The notes beneath the pieces were generated by a model. The model ran no database searches. It was not told the origin of the DNA and saw nothing but the letters and a program-made list of their open reading frames with translations. This document shows positions 41,069-51,970 of a DNA stretch of 64,000 nt, one piece after another; the first letter of the stretch is position 1; each line of letters starts with the position of its first letter. The stretch is taken from assembly GCA_963700285.1 (NCBI GenBank), contig CAVOXA010000005.1, positions 1 through 64,000 of the forward strand, in the 5' to 3' direction. The translations under genes and the position numbers were made by a program. The stretch comes from an uncultured Chloroflexia bacterium. Lineage in GTDB: Bacteria > Chloroflexota > Anaerolineae > JAAYZQ01.

Positions 41069-43858
41069 ATGGAAGATAAGGTCCGTACAGCCTACCTGAT
41101 CAGGTCGTTCGCCTTGGTTGTTGCCGCCATCGGCGTCAATATCGCGCTGGGCCATTTGGTGCAGTATAGCCTGCAATGGCCCCTGTTTTTGGACTCGATC
41201 GGAACCATCCTGGTTGGCGCCCTGTTGGGGCCACTCGCAGGGGCTGTCACCGGAGCGCTCTCCAATATCATCTGGGGGAGTTTGCTGGGCGACCCATCGA
41301 TATTGCCTTATTCCATCACCGCCGCCTTCATCGGCTGGGCCGCGGGCTATGCGGCCTCGCTCGGGGCCTTTAGGCGTTTCTCCACGGTGGAGTTGTCCGG
41401 TTTGCTGGTGGGATTCAGCGCGGCACTGATCTCGGCGCCGATTACGGCTTATCTGTTTGGTGGTACCACCGGTGGCGGCACGGACTATCTGACTTCCTAT
41501 CTGACCGCCACGGGCGCCAATGTTTTGCAGGCGGCCACGATCCAGGGCTTCATCAGTGATCCCCTGGACAAGATGATCTCGTTTGCGATCGCCTGGTTGT
41601 TGTGGCGGATCCTGCATCGCCATTATCTGCCCCCCTCACAGCGCGGCGCCTGGTCCTTCGAATCGTTGGCAGGGTACAGTGTATCTGTGGTGGTCAGCCT
41701 CCTGGCCTTGCTGCTGAGTTTCGTCTTTTTGCCGGCGTTTGGTCGCGGCATCTTCTCTCTCTTTTACGTGGCCGTACTCCTGAGCGCATGGCGGGGCGGG
41801 CTCGGGCCGGCGATATTCACCATGGTGGTGGGTGCACTGGCCAATGTTCTGTTGCTGGTGTCGCCCTACTACAATGCGGCGATCACCGCCGAAGATTGGC
41901 TGCGCCTGGGCATCTTTGTCCTCGTGTCCCTGGCGATCGCCGTCATTGCCGACCAATTGGAAAAGAGCAAGCGGGACCTGCAGAAAGCCTTGCAGGCGGA
42001 GCGCGAAAGCCAGGCTCGCATTCGCGCCATCACCGATGGCGTCAACGAAGCCCTGGTTTTGGTCTCCCCCGACCAGCGCATCCTCGACGTCAACCAGCGC
42101 TTTGTGGAGGTTTTCGGTGTTCCCGTGGAGCGTGTGGCCGGCCAGCGCCTGGAAGACATCCGTACGATGTTCGACCAGGTCTTTGCTAAAGCTGGCGAGC
42201 TCTATGAGCTGGCCCTGGCCAGCAGCGCTGACAGCACGCGGGATGATAAGCGCCTCGTGACTCAGAGTTGGCCCCAGGCGCGCGAGCTTGAGCTCTATTC
42301 CACGCCGGTCAGGGATGAAGAGGGGTTCCTGGGCAGGCTCTTTGTGTTCCGCGATGTCACCCACGAGCGGGAAGTGGACCGCATGAAGACCGAGTTCGTA
42401 TCCCTGGTCTCGCACGAACTGCGAACGCCGCTGACATCCATCAAAGGTTTCACCGAGATGGTGTTGGACGGCGATGCGGGCGAGATCAACGAGGAGGTGG
42501 AGGAGTACCTGGGCATCGTCTACAACAATGCCGAACGCCTGGTGGCGCTGGTGAATGATCTCCTCGATATCTCGCGGATCGAGTCGGGGCGCATCCAACT
42601 CAAATCGGAAACCGTCGATCTGGACGAGGTTGTCCGGATGGTAGTAGCCACGATGCAGCAAAAGATCAAGGAGAAAGGGCAAAGCCTCTCGGTAAGCATC
42701 GACCCAGCGGCCACGAGTGTACTGGGTGACAAAGACAAACTGGTACAGGTGTTGACCAACTATGCCAGCAATGCCTACAAGTACACGCAGGCCGGCGGCG
42801 ACATACGCATTGTGATCAGCAAACGGGGCGATTTTGCCCATGTGGCCGTCATCGACAACGGTTTTGGCATCTCGCCCGAGGACCAGGCGCGGCTCTTCAC
42901 CCGTTTCTACCGCGTGGACAACTCGATGACACGCGAGGTGGGCGGCACCGGTCTCGGCCTCTCCATCGTCAAGCAACTGATCGAGTTGCAGGGAGGACAG
43001 ATTGGAGTGGAGAGTGCGCTGGGTGAAGGTTCCACATTCTCCTTCACAGTGCCGCTTGCGGCAGAAGCCGGCGAACCGCCGGTGGAAGTCGAGGCCGCTG
43101 GCCCTCTATCCGAAATGGGTCAGCCTGGGGCAACCATCCTGGTAGTGGAAGACGATCCCGACATCGCCCGCTTGATCGCTCACCATCTGCAGAAGGCAGG
43201 CTACCAAGTGCGTGTGGCCCATTCGGCAGAGGCGGCGGTGGCTGATATCAAGGAGGACCCGCCTGATCTGGTTACCCTGGACCTCGATCTGCCAGGCATG
43301 CAGGGGGAAGAGTTCGCCAGACGGCTTCAAGCCGACCCTCTCACGCACGAGATTCCGGTGTTGATCGTCTCGGTGCTTGTGGACGACCGCGCCGGGATGC
43401 AATTCGGCGCTTTTGCCCTGTCCAAACCGATTGATCAGGAGGAGCTGTTGGCGACGGTTGGCCGGATGCTGCGAGGGGCTCACCGGGGGCCGGTGCTGGT
43501 CATCGACGATGACGCCGATGTGCGCAGGTTGCTCCAAGCCGCACTGGAGAAAAGGGGGTTCCAGGTTGAGACGGCTGAGGATGGAGAAAGCGGCCTTGTT
43601 CGGGCCGGCGAGCATCACCCGGGCCTGATCCTGCTGGACCTGCACATGCCTGGCATGGATGGCTTTGCTGTGCTAAAGGCATTGAAGGAATCCGAGACGA
43701 CGGCCGAGATTCCGGTCATCGCCATGACCGGCAGCCCTGGCTTAAAGACGACAGCCCGGGCGCGCGTGCTGGCATTGGGCGCCTCTGATTTCATCGCCAA
43801 GCCTTTTGACCTGGACATGCTCGTGGAAGAGATTGGTATCTTTTTGGCTGCTCAATAG
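41069..43858 (+). CDS. hybrid histidine kinase: ECF S-component-like + DUF4118-like TM + PAS + HisKA + HATPase + 2 REC
   Basis: PLFLDSIGTILVGALLGP, DPLDK, SHELRTPL, DNGFG, GGTGLGL, two receiver domains (LDLDLPG, LDLHMPG). Confidence 0.9.
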   Translation: MEDKVRTAYLIRSFALVVAAIGVNIALGHLVQYSLQWPLFLDSIGTILVGALLGPLAGAVTGALSNIIWGSLLGDPSILPYSITAAFIGWAAGYAASLGAFRRFSTVELSGLLVGFSAALISAPITAYLFGGTTGGGTDYLTSYLTATGANVLQAATIQGFISDPLDKMISFAIAWLLWRILHRHYLPPSQRGAWSFESLAGYSVSVVVSLLALLLSFVFLPAFGRGIFSLFYVAVLLSAWRGGLGPAIFTMVVGALANVLLLVSPYYNAAITAEDWLRLGIFVLVSLAIAVIADQLEKSKRDLQKALQAERESQARIRAITDGVNEALVLVSPDQRILDVNQRFVEVFGVPVERVAGQRLEDIRTMFDQVFAKAGELYELALASSADSTRDDKRLVTQSWPQARELELYSTPVRDEEGFLGRLFVFRDVTHEREVDRMKTEFVSLVSHELRTPLTSIKGFTEMVLDGDAGEINEEVEEYLGIVYNNAERLVALVNDLLDISRIESGRIQLKSETVDLDEVVRMVVATMQQKIKEKGQSLSVSIDPAATSVLGDKDKLVQVLTNYASNAYKYTQAGGDIRIVISKRGDFAHVAVIDNGFGISPEDQARLFTRFYRVDNSMTREVGGTGLGLSIVKQLIELQGGQIGVESALGEGSTFSFTVPLAAEAGEPPVEVEAAGPLSEMGQPGATILVVEDDPDIARLIAHHLQKAGYQVRVAHSAEAAVADIKEDPPDLVTLDLDLPGMQGEEFARRLQADPLTHEIPVLIVSVLVDDRAGMQFGAFALSKPIDQEELLATVGRMLRGAHRGPVLVIDDDADVRRLLQAALEKRGFQVETAEDGESGLVRAGEHHPGLILLDLHMPGMDGFAVLKALKESETTAEIPVIAMTGSPGLKTTARARVLALGASDFIAKPFDLDMLVEEIGIFLAAQ

Positions 43859-43957
43859 GCGAACACGGGATACTCGCACAGGTCAGATCTGTGATAGCGG
43901 CCCGGCGATTGAGCGCCTGGCCATAGGGAAAACACCACAAGACTCAGGAGGGAAATT

Positions 43958-44350
43958 ATGTCGATCAAAGTACTTGCTGTAGACGATGAAGACGATGTGC
44001 GCCGTCTCATCCAGATCAAACTCAAGAAAGCTGGTTTCGAGGTTATCACCGCCGTGAATGGCGAAGAAGGCGTGGCGAAATGCAAGTCCGAGAAGCCCGA
44101 TGTGGTGATCATGGACTGGATGATGCCCAAGATGGATGGCCCCACCGCGACGGCCAAGATTAAGGCCGAATGCCATCCCGCTCCCATTGTCCTCATGCTG
44201 ACAGCCAAGGGCGCGGAAAGTGACGTCATACAAGGCCTCGTGGGCGGCGCCGACGACTATATCGTCAAGCCCTTCGCTCCACGCGAGTTGATCGCCCGAG
44301 TCAACGTGGCGCTGGTCAAGGCTGGCAAACAGCCCTTGATTGGCGATTAG
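43958..44350 (+). CDS. single-domain response regulator
   Basis: VDDE, MDWMMP, LTA, KPF; AGGAGG RBS. Confidence 0.92.
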   Translation: MSIKVLAVDDEDDVRRLIQIKLKKAGFEVITAVNGEEGVAKCKSEKPDVVIMDWMMPKMDGPTATAKIKAECHPAPIVLMLTAKGAESDVIQGLVGGADDYIVKPFAPRELIARVNVALVKAGKQPLIGD

Positions 44351-44438
44351 GTCCGGGATCGACAACCCGTTGCCGGCGCTGTCGTACCGGTCCCAGCCAC
44401 CGACAGCACGGCCACTAGCCCTACTCAGGAGAGAATAG

Positions 44439-47400
44439 ATGGACGAGCGACAGGTTCAATCGGATGAGGAGGAGCTCGAACTCCTTGAATACCGGGAGGC
44501 AGCCAGGGAACTTGAGGCTGCCAGGCAGTTGGAAGAAGCCGAATTTATCAGGGAGGGGGATGCTGAGGAAGAGGGCGATCTGGATGAAGGGCCCAGCCTT
44601 GAAACCCAGGAAGCGCCCGCCCACCTCATAGAAGATGACAACGCTCGCCGCCGCTATTGGCAGGCGCAAGGGCTGGTGGAGCTGGAGCAAAGCAACTTTG
44701 CACTAGCTTTGGAGCAGGGCAACGCTGCGCATCAGCGCAGTGCCTATTACCGGCTGGCGGTCTATCATGGGCGCACCATCTCCATCCTGCGCTCGGCGCT
44801 CAGCGCTGGCAATGAGCCGCTGGCCCAGGCCGCCATGCGCAACCTGGCCACCCTGCACCGGGCGATGACGCAGATGCACAAGCAGGCGCCGCATGACGTC
44901 CCGGTGGCGCTGGTCCTGGACCGGTCTGGGCGGGATGAGTTTGCCCGCGACCTGGTGGTTCGGGCCCTGCAGGAAAGCGCAGAACCCCTCGAACTGGACG
45001 GCGTCGTACAGCGGGTGAACGATCTGGATGTGATGGGCGTAGCCAAGGGAACCGTGCAACGGCACCTCAAGGATCTGGCCTCGTCCGGTCATGTGGAAGC
45101 CGTCAGCCAGCGCCCCACTCGCTACGCGCGTACCCAAAGGACCTACGCCGGCATGGAGCTGAATGCTCCCAGCCTGCGCGCCCTGGTGGGACCGGACATC
45201 TACGCCCGGCTGGAGGGAGCAGGGTACGGGGGCCTGGGTGATGTTCTGGGACGACAAAGCTCGTTTCGAGAGGTGTTCAGCCAGGTCACCGGCCTGGGCC
45301 ATACGAGCGCAGCCCTTTTTGTTGACTTGGTCGAGACCTTGCTGGAAGACCGGGCAGTGGAGACCAGCCCCTGGAGCTTCACCGACCTCATTGGTTCGCC
45401 CTACCCGCGGCCCTACCAGTACGAGGCTTACGCGGTTTTCCGGGGCTACGGCTATCACGGACAGCTGGTCGAGGCACCCACCGGCAGCGGGAAGACCATG
45501 ATCGGCATGATGTGCATCCAGGATTGGCTCAAGAGCCTCAGGCCGGGCCAGTCTATCCTAGTTCTCGTGCCTACCAGTAACTACCTGCAGCAATGGTCTG
45601 GTGAGTTGTGCTACAAACCGATCGGGTTGCGTCTGTCGCCGGAGGTGGTCTTTGCCGGGACTCCGAACCAGCTGGAGCGCTTCCAGAAGCGCACGGGCAG
45701 CCATCCGGCCATATTGATGATGACCTACACCGCGCTGGCCCAAGCAGGTTCTGCCATCGGCAAGGGTGGCTTTGACATCGACTCCATCGAGATGTTCCTG
45801 CAAGGGGCCAACGTGCAATACGTCGTCCTGGACGAAGTGCACAAGGTTGCCGAGAATCTGAACAGCGTGTCCTCCGATGTCATCCGTCTCATGCTGGAAT
45901 GGCTGCACGATGGTAGCGTGCAGGGCCTGATCGGCTTCACTGGCACGGCCGAGGCCTACCGGTCCCGCTTTGCCAAATTGGGTCTGCAATTGGTCTATAG
46001 CATCCCCATCGACGAGCTGATCGCTGCCGGCTTCGTCGCTCCCTTTGCCGAGCTGGGAGCCCCGTTCTCCTACTCCGCGCGTGAGCGGCGCATCCGTGAC
46101 TTGCTGGACTCCTACAAAGCACAGACCAGCGCCTTCATGGAGTTGGTGGGCGGTGACCAATTGCGCGCCTGGTTCGCTGAAATCCCCCTGGATGAGCGCG
46201 TGGCCGTCGGCCACGACCTGTTGAACATGTACCAGGGCCGCAAGGACTGGGAGTCTGCCCTGCGGAAGCGCCTGTCCGGATGGGAGTCGGGTGGGAGCCT
46301 GCAACTCACGGAGACGAAGCTGGTGACCATGGTCCAGCTTCTCCGGCGGTGGACCGATGAAGATATGGTGCGCGAAGCGGGCGCCGGCGAGGATGCGTTC
46401 CTGCAACTGGTTGCCGAGATCAACGGTATTCGCTCGCAGTTAGCGGAGCTGATCTACCTGCCTTCGACCCTGAAGCGCTTGCAGATGCCTGGGTTCACTA
46501 CCAACTTCGAGGTGGAAGCCATGCGCCTGGCCTTTGCCCAGGCGACCAACCAGGCTTCTCGCAACGAGGCGGTCAAGGATGGGTTGTCCACCACCATCGT
46601 CGGCCTGTATGAAGGGCTGAGCGAGTGGTACCGGCGCGTTGGAGAAGGCCGGGTGGAGACGATCAAGGCTGTGATCGAAGCGGAGCGGGCCACCCGTGCG
46701 GTGAGCGGCATCATCGTTTTCGACAATGCCCGCCGGATCAACTGGAAGCAGGGCCTGGCCATGCCCGGCTATGAAGGCCTGGGCGGGCTGTACGCCCAGT
46801 TGCTGGGCGACGAGCGCTTCACGCCCTACGCCGTGCTGTCCAGCGAGCAGTATCTGCCCTACGACGAGGAGGATCCGCTGCCGCCGCGCATCTCGACCTT
46901 TGTGGAACAGGAGCTGATGCGTGGCGAAATCGCCCAGGCGATGTTTGATTTGGTCTTCCAGGGGGTGGATTTACCCTCTACAACCTATGAGAACCTGCGC
47001 GATCGTTGGGACGCCCTCATCGATGGCTATATTCCCAGGCTGGGCAACGTGCATGCAGCCCGCCCCGGTGACTTTGGCCGGCGTGTGCTACGTTCCATGC
47101 GGCGGCGTATCCGGGCCGTGGACATGGGCTTTGCCGGAGAACGCTTGCTCTCCCGTATGGACCTGCGCAATATCCACTTTGCCGACCTGGTGGGCACCTT
47201 TTTCGATTATGCCATCATTGCCCGCTACTTCCGCCAGGCCAGGGTCGCGGAACTGGAGCAGGTCAGCGGCGCCCGGCAGAAATTCTTTGTCATCCCCATG
47301 TCCAGCGGCAGTCGCAAGCTGCTGATGTACGACCTCACCTCGCGCATCGTCGACGCCGAGTCGCTGCCCGATCAACATGGTGGTCGTGTCCAGTTGGGCC

Positions 47401-48102
47401 CGCACCGGCTGGAACGTGATTTCCCCCAACGTGCTCATCGACGCCACGGCGACCCGTGATGTCACCGCCTGGCAGCAACTGCGCGGCCGGGCGATACGCG
47501 CCCGGCGTACCTGGACCAACGACTGCTATCGCCTGATCATGGCGCTCATTGGCAGCCAGATGCACGGCCTGGTGGATCACGAGGACATGCCCGAAGATGT
47601 GGCCGACGTTCTGGGACAGGTTGAGCAGCAGCAGGGTGAGATCGTGTTGGACGACCGCCTGAAGGCGCTGCTGGCCGAGGTCACGGAGGCTGAACTGTAC
47701 GGGCGCGTTCAAGCCCGGGGTTTGTCGAGCCTGACGGATGAAGAGCGGACCGAGGTTGCCATCGCCCTCATGCGCCACTATAACAAGGTCACCCACATCT
47801 TTGAGTTGGTGAAGGCCTACGGATCGACCAGCCAGGTAGAGTACAATCGCCCGGAGCGGGTATGGCAGCGCCGGGCCAACATCGCTGCCAAACACGAGTA
47901 CGAGGTTGCCGTCAATCCCTTTAGCGGCCAGAAACTGACAGGCGACGGCCACGCTCCCTTGGTGTATGCCCAGGACCCGCGCGCCGACGTGCCCGCCGAG
48001 CTGCAGCAGCACCTGGTTGAGGCCGTCGACGGCAGCGATGACCGGATCGTCGCTGGCTGGCTTCAGTATAGCCTGCCAGGGGGTGCCCTCAGCGAGCAGT
48101 AG
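44439..48102 (+). CDS. large SF2 DEAD/DEAH-box helicase-like protein; one frameshift near 47370
   Basis: PRPYQ Q-motif, EAPTGSGKT, LVLVPT, LDEVH, GFTGT, ARTGWN (motif V), QLRGRAIR (motif VI). Confidence 0.82.
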
Positions 48103-48110
48103 TCATGATC

Positions 48111-48136
48111 GGGGCCGGGGGACCGGCCCCTTTTCT
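48111..48136 (+). terminator. intrinsic terminator after the helicase
   Basis: GGGGCCGG-GGGA-CCGGCCCC-TTTTCT. Confidence 0.75.
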
Positions 48137-48175
48137 TAGCATCACCTGCGCAAGCATACTCACCGCGAACCGCCG

Positions 48176-48277
48176 TCTCAACAATTCGGATGAGAAGATG
48201 CCTGCTCTGAGGCATCTTTTTCTTTGGGAGAATTCATGGTTATTATCGATGCGGCTCGCGTGAAAAACTGCTAAACT
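48176..48277 (+). repeat. copy B of the conserved 88-bp terminator/promoter module
   Basis: AAGATGCCT-GCTCTG-AGGCATCTT-TTTCTTT hairpin; TGCTAAACT extended -10 at the same offset as copy A. Confidence 0.8.
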
Positions 48278-48424
48278 GGAGTCATCTATGAGCCTTGAGA
48301 GGGTGTCTGGCATGCTGTAGCGCTTCGCTGTCAAGGGACTAGGTAGCAAACGTCCTGGACGTATCCAGCAGCATCGACAACTCCTGTCTCGAACAAATCC
48401 AATCTGCAGAAAGAGGTACCTGAC

Positions 48425-48802
48425 ATGGCATTAGGCTTAATTCTCGGAATCGTCAACTGAGTGGTCCTGAACGCGCTGATCATCTGGATCGTGGGCAAGC
48501 TCAATCTGGGCCTGCGCGTCAGCGGCTTTGGCGGCGCCATCCTGGCGGCCATCATCATCGCCGTCGTGAGCTGGGTCATCGCCTGGCTTCTGGGCCTACT
48601 GGGCATCACGATCGGGGGCGGGCTTCTGGGTGCAATCGTGTCCCTCATCATTGCCGCGGTCGTCTTGCTGATCAGCGACAGGATCCTCCCCGGGCTGGAG
48701 GTCAAGGGTTTCTCGGGAGCGATCATCGCCGCCATCGCCATCGCGGTCGTGCACTGGCTCATCGCCTGTGCGCTCGCGACACTGGGCATGGCCCTTGCCT
48801 AG
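48425..48802 (+). pseudogene. phage-holin-family (4TMS, YvlD-like) membrane protein with in-frame TGA at codon 12, or a shorter CDS from GTG 48461
   Basis: two repeats of G(L)xVxGFxGAIxAA; ATG 48425 with RBS, AAC-TGA-GTG. Confidence 0.7.
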
Positions 48803-48808
48803 GCTTGC

Positions 48809-48851
48809 AAGGGACCGCCCGGCCACAGGTTGGGCGGTCCCCCTCTTTTTT
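48809..48851 (+). terminator. intrinsic terminator
   Basis: GGGACCGCCC..GGGCGGTCCC followed by a T-tract. Confidence 0.75.
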
Positions 48852-49093
48852 GTTACGCCTGGGCTCCATCGTGCCAACCCTGCGGGGGCTTGGGATTCTC
48901 GCAGATCCCTTGAGTAATGGGAGGCAACGAAATGAGTAAGGTCTATTTACAAAGAGCGGGTGCCCTGCCCGATGAGCTATTGGGGCGTGTTGAAGAAGAC
49001 GGCCGAATAATCGCGAATGATCATCACGAAAAGCGATGCGCGGTGGACAAAGATCTGCTACACTCGCATCCAAACTTACAAGAGGTGTCACCT

Positions 49094-51442
49094 ATGAAAA
49101 CGAATCGTTTCTTTTTCTTGGTCTTGGGACTTTTAGTCGTGGGGCTGCTGGTCGCGGCATGCGGCTCGGAGACGCCCACAGCCACGCCGGAGCCACCGGC
49201 GCCTACTATTGAAGTACTGCCAACCGATACAGCCGTGCCAGTTGTGCCTACGGTGCCTCCGCCGACACCCGGCGCGCAGCTAGATGACACCCTGCAGCGG
49301 GTGCAGTCCTCTGGACACATGGTGGTGGGGACGTCGGCCGACTATCCACCCTTTGAGTCCTATAACTCCGACTTCCAGCTCGATGGCTTTGACATCGCCT
49401 TGATGGACGAGATTGCCCGGCGGCTGGGCGTTACGGTCGACTATCACGACATCGCCTTCCAGGGCTTGGGTGACGCCATCCAGTCCAAGCAAGTTGACCT
49501 GGCCATTGCCGCCATCTCGGCAAATCCCGAGCGGGCGCAGGTGATGGACTTTTCCAACGTGTATTACATCAGCGAGGATGGGGTCCTGGCTGGCAAGGAT
49601 TCAAGCATTGCCGCCCTAACGTCGCCAGCCGATCTGGCCGCCTGGCGCGTAGGCGTCGAGCGGGGCTCGGTCTTTGAGGGCTGGCTCGAGAACACGCTGG
49701 TGAGCACGGGCCAGATGCCCCAGACCAACCTGTTCGCCTACGAGAAGGCCGGGGATGCGACGCGGGACCTGCAGGAGCAACGGCTAGACCTGGTTGTGAT
49801 GGATCTTCTGCCGGCCGAGGCGGCGCTGGCTGGGGGACAGCTCAAGCTGGTGGGGCAGGGACTGAACCAGGAGCGGTTCGCGATTGCCCTGCCCAAGGGC
49901 GAAGACACGCTCCGGGATGAGGTCAACCGCATCCTGACCGACCTGCAGAACGAGGGTGTGCTCGCCCAGTTGGCACAGCAATACCTGGGCATCGATCCTG
50001 CCGCGCTTGTCCCCCTGCCGCCAGCCGAGGCTCCGACGCCCACCCCCCAACCAGTTGCAGCGGCGCCCACCCAGGCGCCTGCGGCCCAGCCATCTGCACC
50101 GGCACCTACCCAGGCGCCGGCAGCCCAGCCGGCCTGCAGCGATGCCATGGTCTTTGTCCAACATCTCAACTACGATGACCGGGGCATGTCTGCGCCGGCC
50201 CAGTTCAATCCAGGCGCGCAGTTCACCAAGGGCTGGCGGGTGCAGAACACCGGCACCTGCACCTGGAACACCGGATACCAGCTTGTTTTTGCCAGTGGAA
50301 ATGTGCCGCAGGCCAAGATGGGCGGCAGCCCGGTGAAGGTGGCGCGCCAGGTGCAGCCCGGCGAGAGCTATGACGTCCAGCTCAACCTCGTTGCACCGCT
50401 CAAGGTGGGTACCTACCAGGGCCTGTGGCAGTTGCAGAACGGCAAGGGCCAGGCTTTTGGCGAGCGGCTACCGGTCGGCGTACAGGTGGTTGCCCAGCCG
50501 GCGCCCACGCCGAAACCGACCCAGCCGCCCGCGGCCGGTATCAACTTCAGTGTGAACCGCACGGACATCCGGAACGGCGAATGTGTAGACTTTACCTGGC
50601 GGGTGGACAACGTCAACGCGGTCTATTTCTATCGCGAAGGCAAGAACTGGGAGAACCATGGTGTGGGCGGCGATGGGCGCCAGCAGGAGTGCCCGGCTCA
50701 CACCCAGACCTACAACCTGCGGGTCGTCAAGCGTGACAACTCGGTGGATACCCGGCAGATCACCATCGGTGTCGAAGAGCCGCCCGCTCAGGCCGATGCC
50801 CCCAACATCAAGCGCTTCACGGTCGAACCTGGGACGGTCAACCTCGGCGACTGTGTGGACATTCGCTGGAACGTCGAGGGCAACATCGACAAGATCACGG
50901 TCTGGTTCGAGGGCACGGCTTTGTGGGAAGGCGCGCCGGTGAAGGGGAACACCCAGCACTGCCCGGAGGGCGCCGGACCTGTGGGCTATAGCCTCGAGGC
51001 GACGGCCATCGGCGGGGCTACCAGCCGCAGCCAGCAGACCATCACCGTGGTTGCAGACCAGCCCGTGCCTCAGCCGACGGAGGTCCCCGAGTTCCCAGAT
51101 CCGCCGACGATCGATGGCTTTGGCGTCAGCCCGAGCGAGATTAACGTTGGCGAATGTGTGACCATCAACTGGTCCACGGGGGGCGGCACCAGCTACGTCC
51201 GGATCCTGCGCAATGGCAGCATCATCCTTGATGACGCCGGCTTCAGCGGCCAGGAAACCGATTGTCCGGCGGCGGGCGAATACTACTACCAGTTGGAGGC
51301 CCACAACCCCTACGAGGTGGTGGAGACTCGGGATGCGACGGTCCTGGTCTGGGATTCTTCCCCGGAGATGATCGTCGACCCAACTGAGGAGCCCGCTGAT
51401 ACAGAGGCCATCACCGTCACCGAAACGATCACAAACCCCTAG
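49094..51442 (+). CDS. lipoprotein: polar amino-acid SBP (family 3) + NBR1-Ig-like + three Ig-like repeats
   Basis: lipobox VAAC, GTSADYPPFE..GFDI, FTKGWRVQNTGTCTW, repeated GECV..W modules, Pro/Thr linkers. Confidence 0.85.
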   Translation: MKTNRFFFLVLGLLVVGLLVAACGSETPTATPEPPAPTIEVLPTDTAVPVVPTVPPPTPGAQLDDTLQRVQSSGHMVVGTSADYPPFESYNSDFQLDGFDIALMDEIARRLGVTVDYHDIAFQGLGDAIQSKQVDLAIAAISANPERAQVMDFSNVYYISEDGVLAGKDSSIAALTSPADLAAWRVGVERGSVFEGWLENTLVSTGQMPQTNLFAYEKAGDATRDLQEQRLDLVVMDLLPAEAALAGGQLKLVGQGLNQERFAIALPKGEDTLRDEVNRILTDLQNEGVLAQLAQQYLGIDPAALVPLPPAEAPTPTPQPVAAAPTQAPAAQPSAPAPTQAPAAQPACSDAMVFVQHLNYDDRGMSAPAQFNPGAQFTKGWRVQNTGTCTWNTGYQLVFASGNVPQAKMGGSPVKVARQVQPGESYDVQLNLVAPLKVGTYQGLWQLQNGKGQAFGERLPVGVQVVAQPAPTPKPTQPPAAGINFSVNRTDIRNGECVDFTWRVDNVNAVYFYREGKNWENHGVGGDGRQQECPAHTQTYNLRVVKRDNSVDTRQITIGVEEPPAQADAPNIKRFTVEPGTVNLGDCVDIRWNVEGNIDKITVWFEGTALWEGAPVKGNTQHCPEGAGPVGYSLEATAIGGATSRSQQTITVVADQPVPQPTEVPEFPDPPTIDGFGVSPSEINVGECVTINWSTGGGTSYVRILRNGSIILDDAGFSGQETDCPAAGEYYYQLEAHNPYEVVETRDATVLVWDSSPEMIVDPTEEPADTEAITVTETITNP

Positions 51443-51454
51443 TTTCGCCACCAG

Positions 51455-51485
51455 GGAGGGCGGCAAGGGACACTTGCCGCCCTCC
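51455..51485 (+). terminator. hairpin after the SBP-NBR1 gene
   Basis: GGAGGGCGGCAAG..CTTGCCGCCCTCC; no U-tract. Confidence 0.55.
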
Positions 51486-51517
51486 TAGGCCCAATCAGGA
51501 AGGACAAGACCAGGCAG

Positions 51518-51940
51518 ATGACCCACACCCACCCAGCCAGGCCCGAGCCACATCAGCAGGACATCGAAATTGAAGCGGCCAACTACCTGTCCACAATCAT
51601 TGCCTCCGTACCGGGCATCATGGCCCAGTCGCTGAGGGCCATGATGGAGTCCTTGCCTCCGGTACAGGTCGTGGGTATGGCTGCCGGCTGTCTCTCCGCG
51701 CTGCAGATGGTACGCGACACCCAGGCTGATCTGGTCGTCATCGATTCCAACCTGCCCATCGAGGATGTCTACATGCTGCTGCAGCAAATGAAGCGTGAGG
51801 GGCTGCCGGCTCGCTCCATCGTGCTGGCGGCAACCCGGAGCCATGCGCAACGAGCGCGCGCCGCGGGCGCGGATATCGTGTTCCGCCGCGAGAGTTCCAC
51901 CAGGCAACTCAGCGCGCTTGTGGCCAATCTCGCGGCTTGA
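51518..51940 (+). CDS. atypical receiver-domain protein
   Basis: QVVGMA..ALQMV..DLVVIDSNLP..RAAGAD; lacks the acidic pair and KP. Confidence 0.65.
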   Translation: MTHTHPARPEPHQQDIEIEAANYLSTIIASVPGIMAQSLRAMMESLPPVQVVGMAAGCLSALQMVRDTQADLVVIDSNLPIEDVYMLLQQMKREGLPARSIVLAATRSHAQRARAAGADIVFRRESSTRQLSALVANLAA

Positions 51941-51970
51941 GGTCGGCTGGAGGTTTGAGTCAGTGCGGCT

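Noticed and set aside
48458-48460. In-frame TGA in the holin-like gene as selenocysteine or recoded Trp
   Set aside because: Hydrophobic TM context, no SECIS recognised, and TGA is a normal stop elsewhere in the window; TGG>TGA mutation or error is simpler.
48425-48802. Prophage signalled by a holin-family gene
   Set aside because: No integrase, endolysin or structural genes; this family is common on chromosomes.
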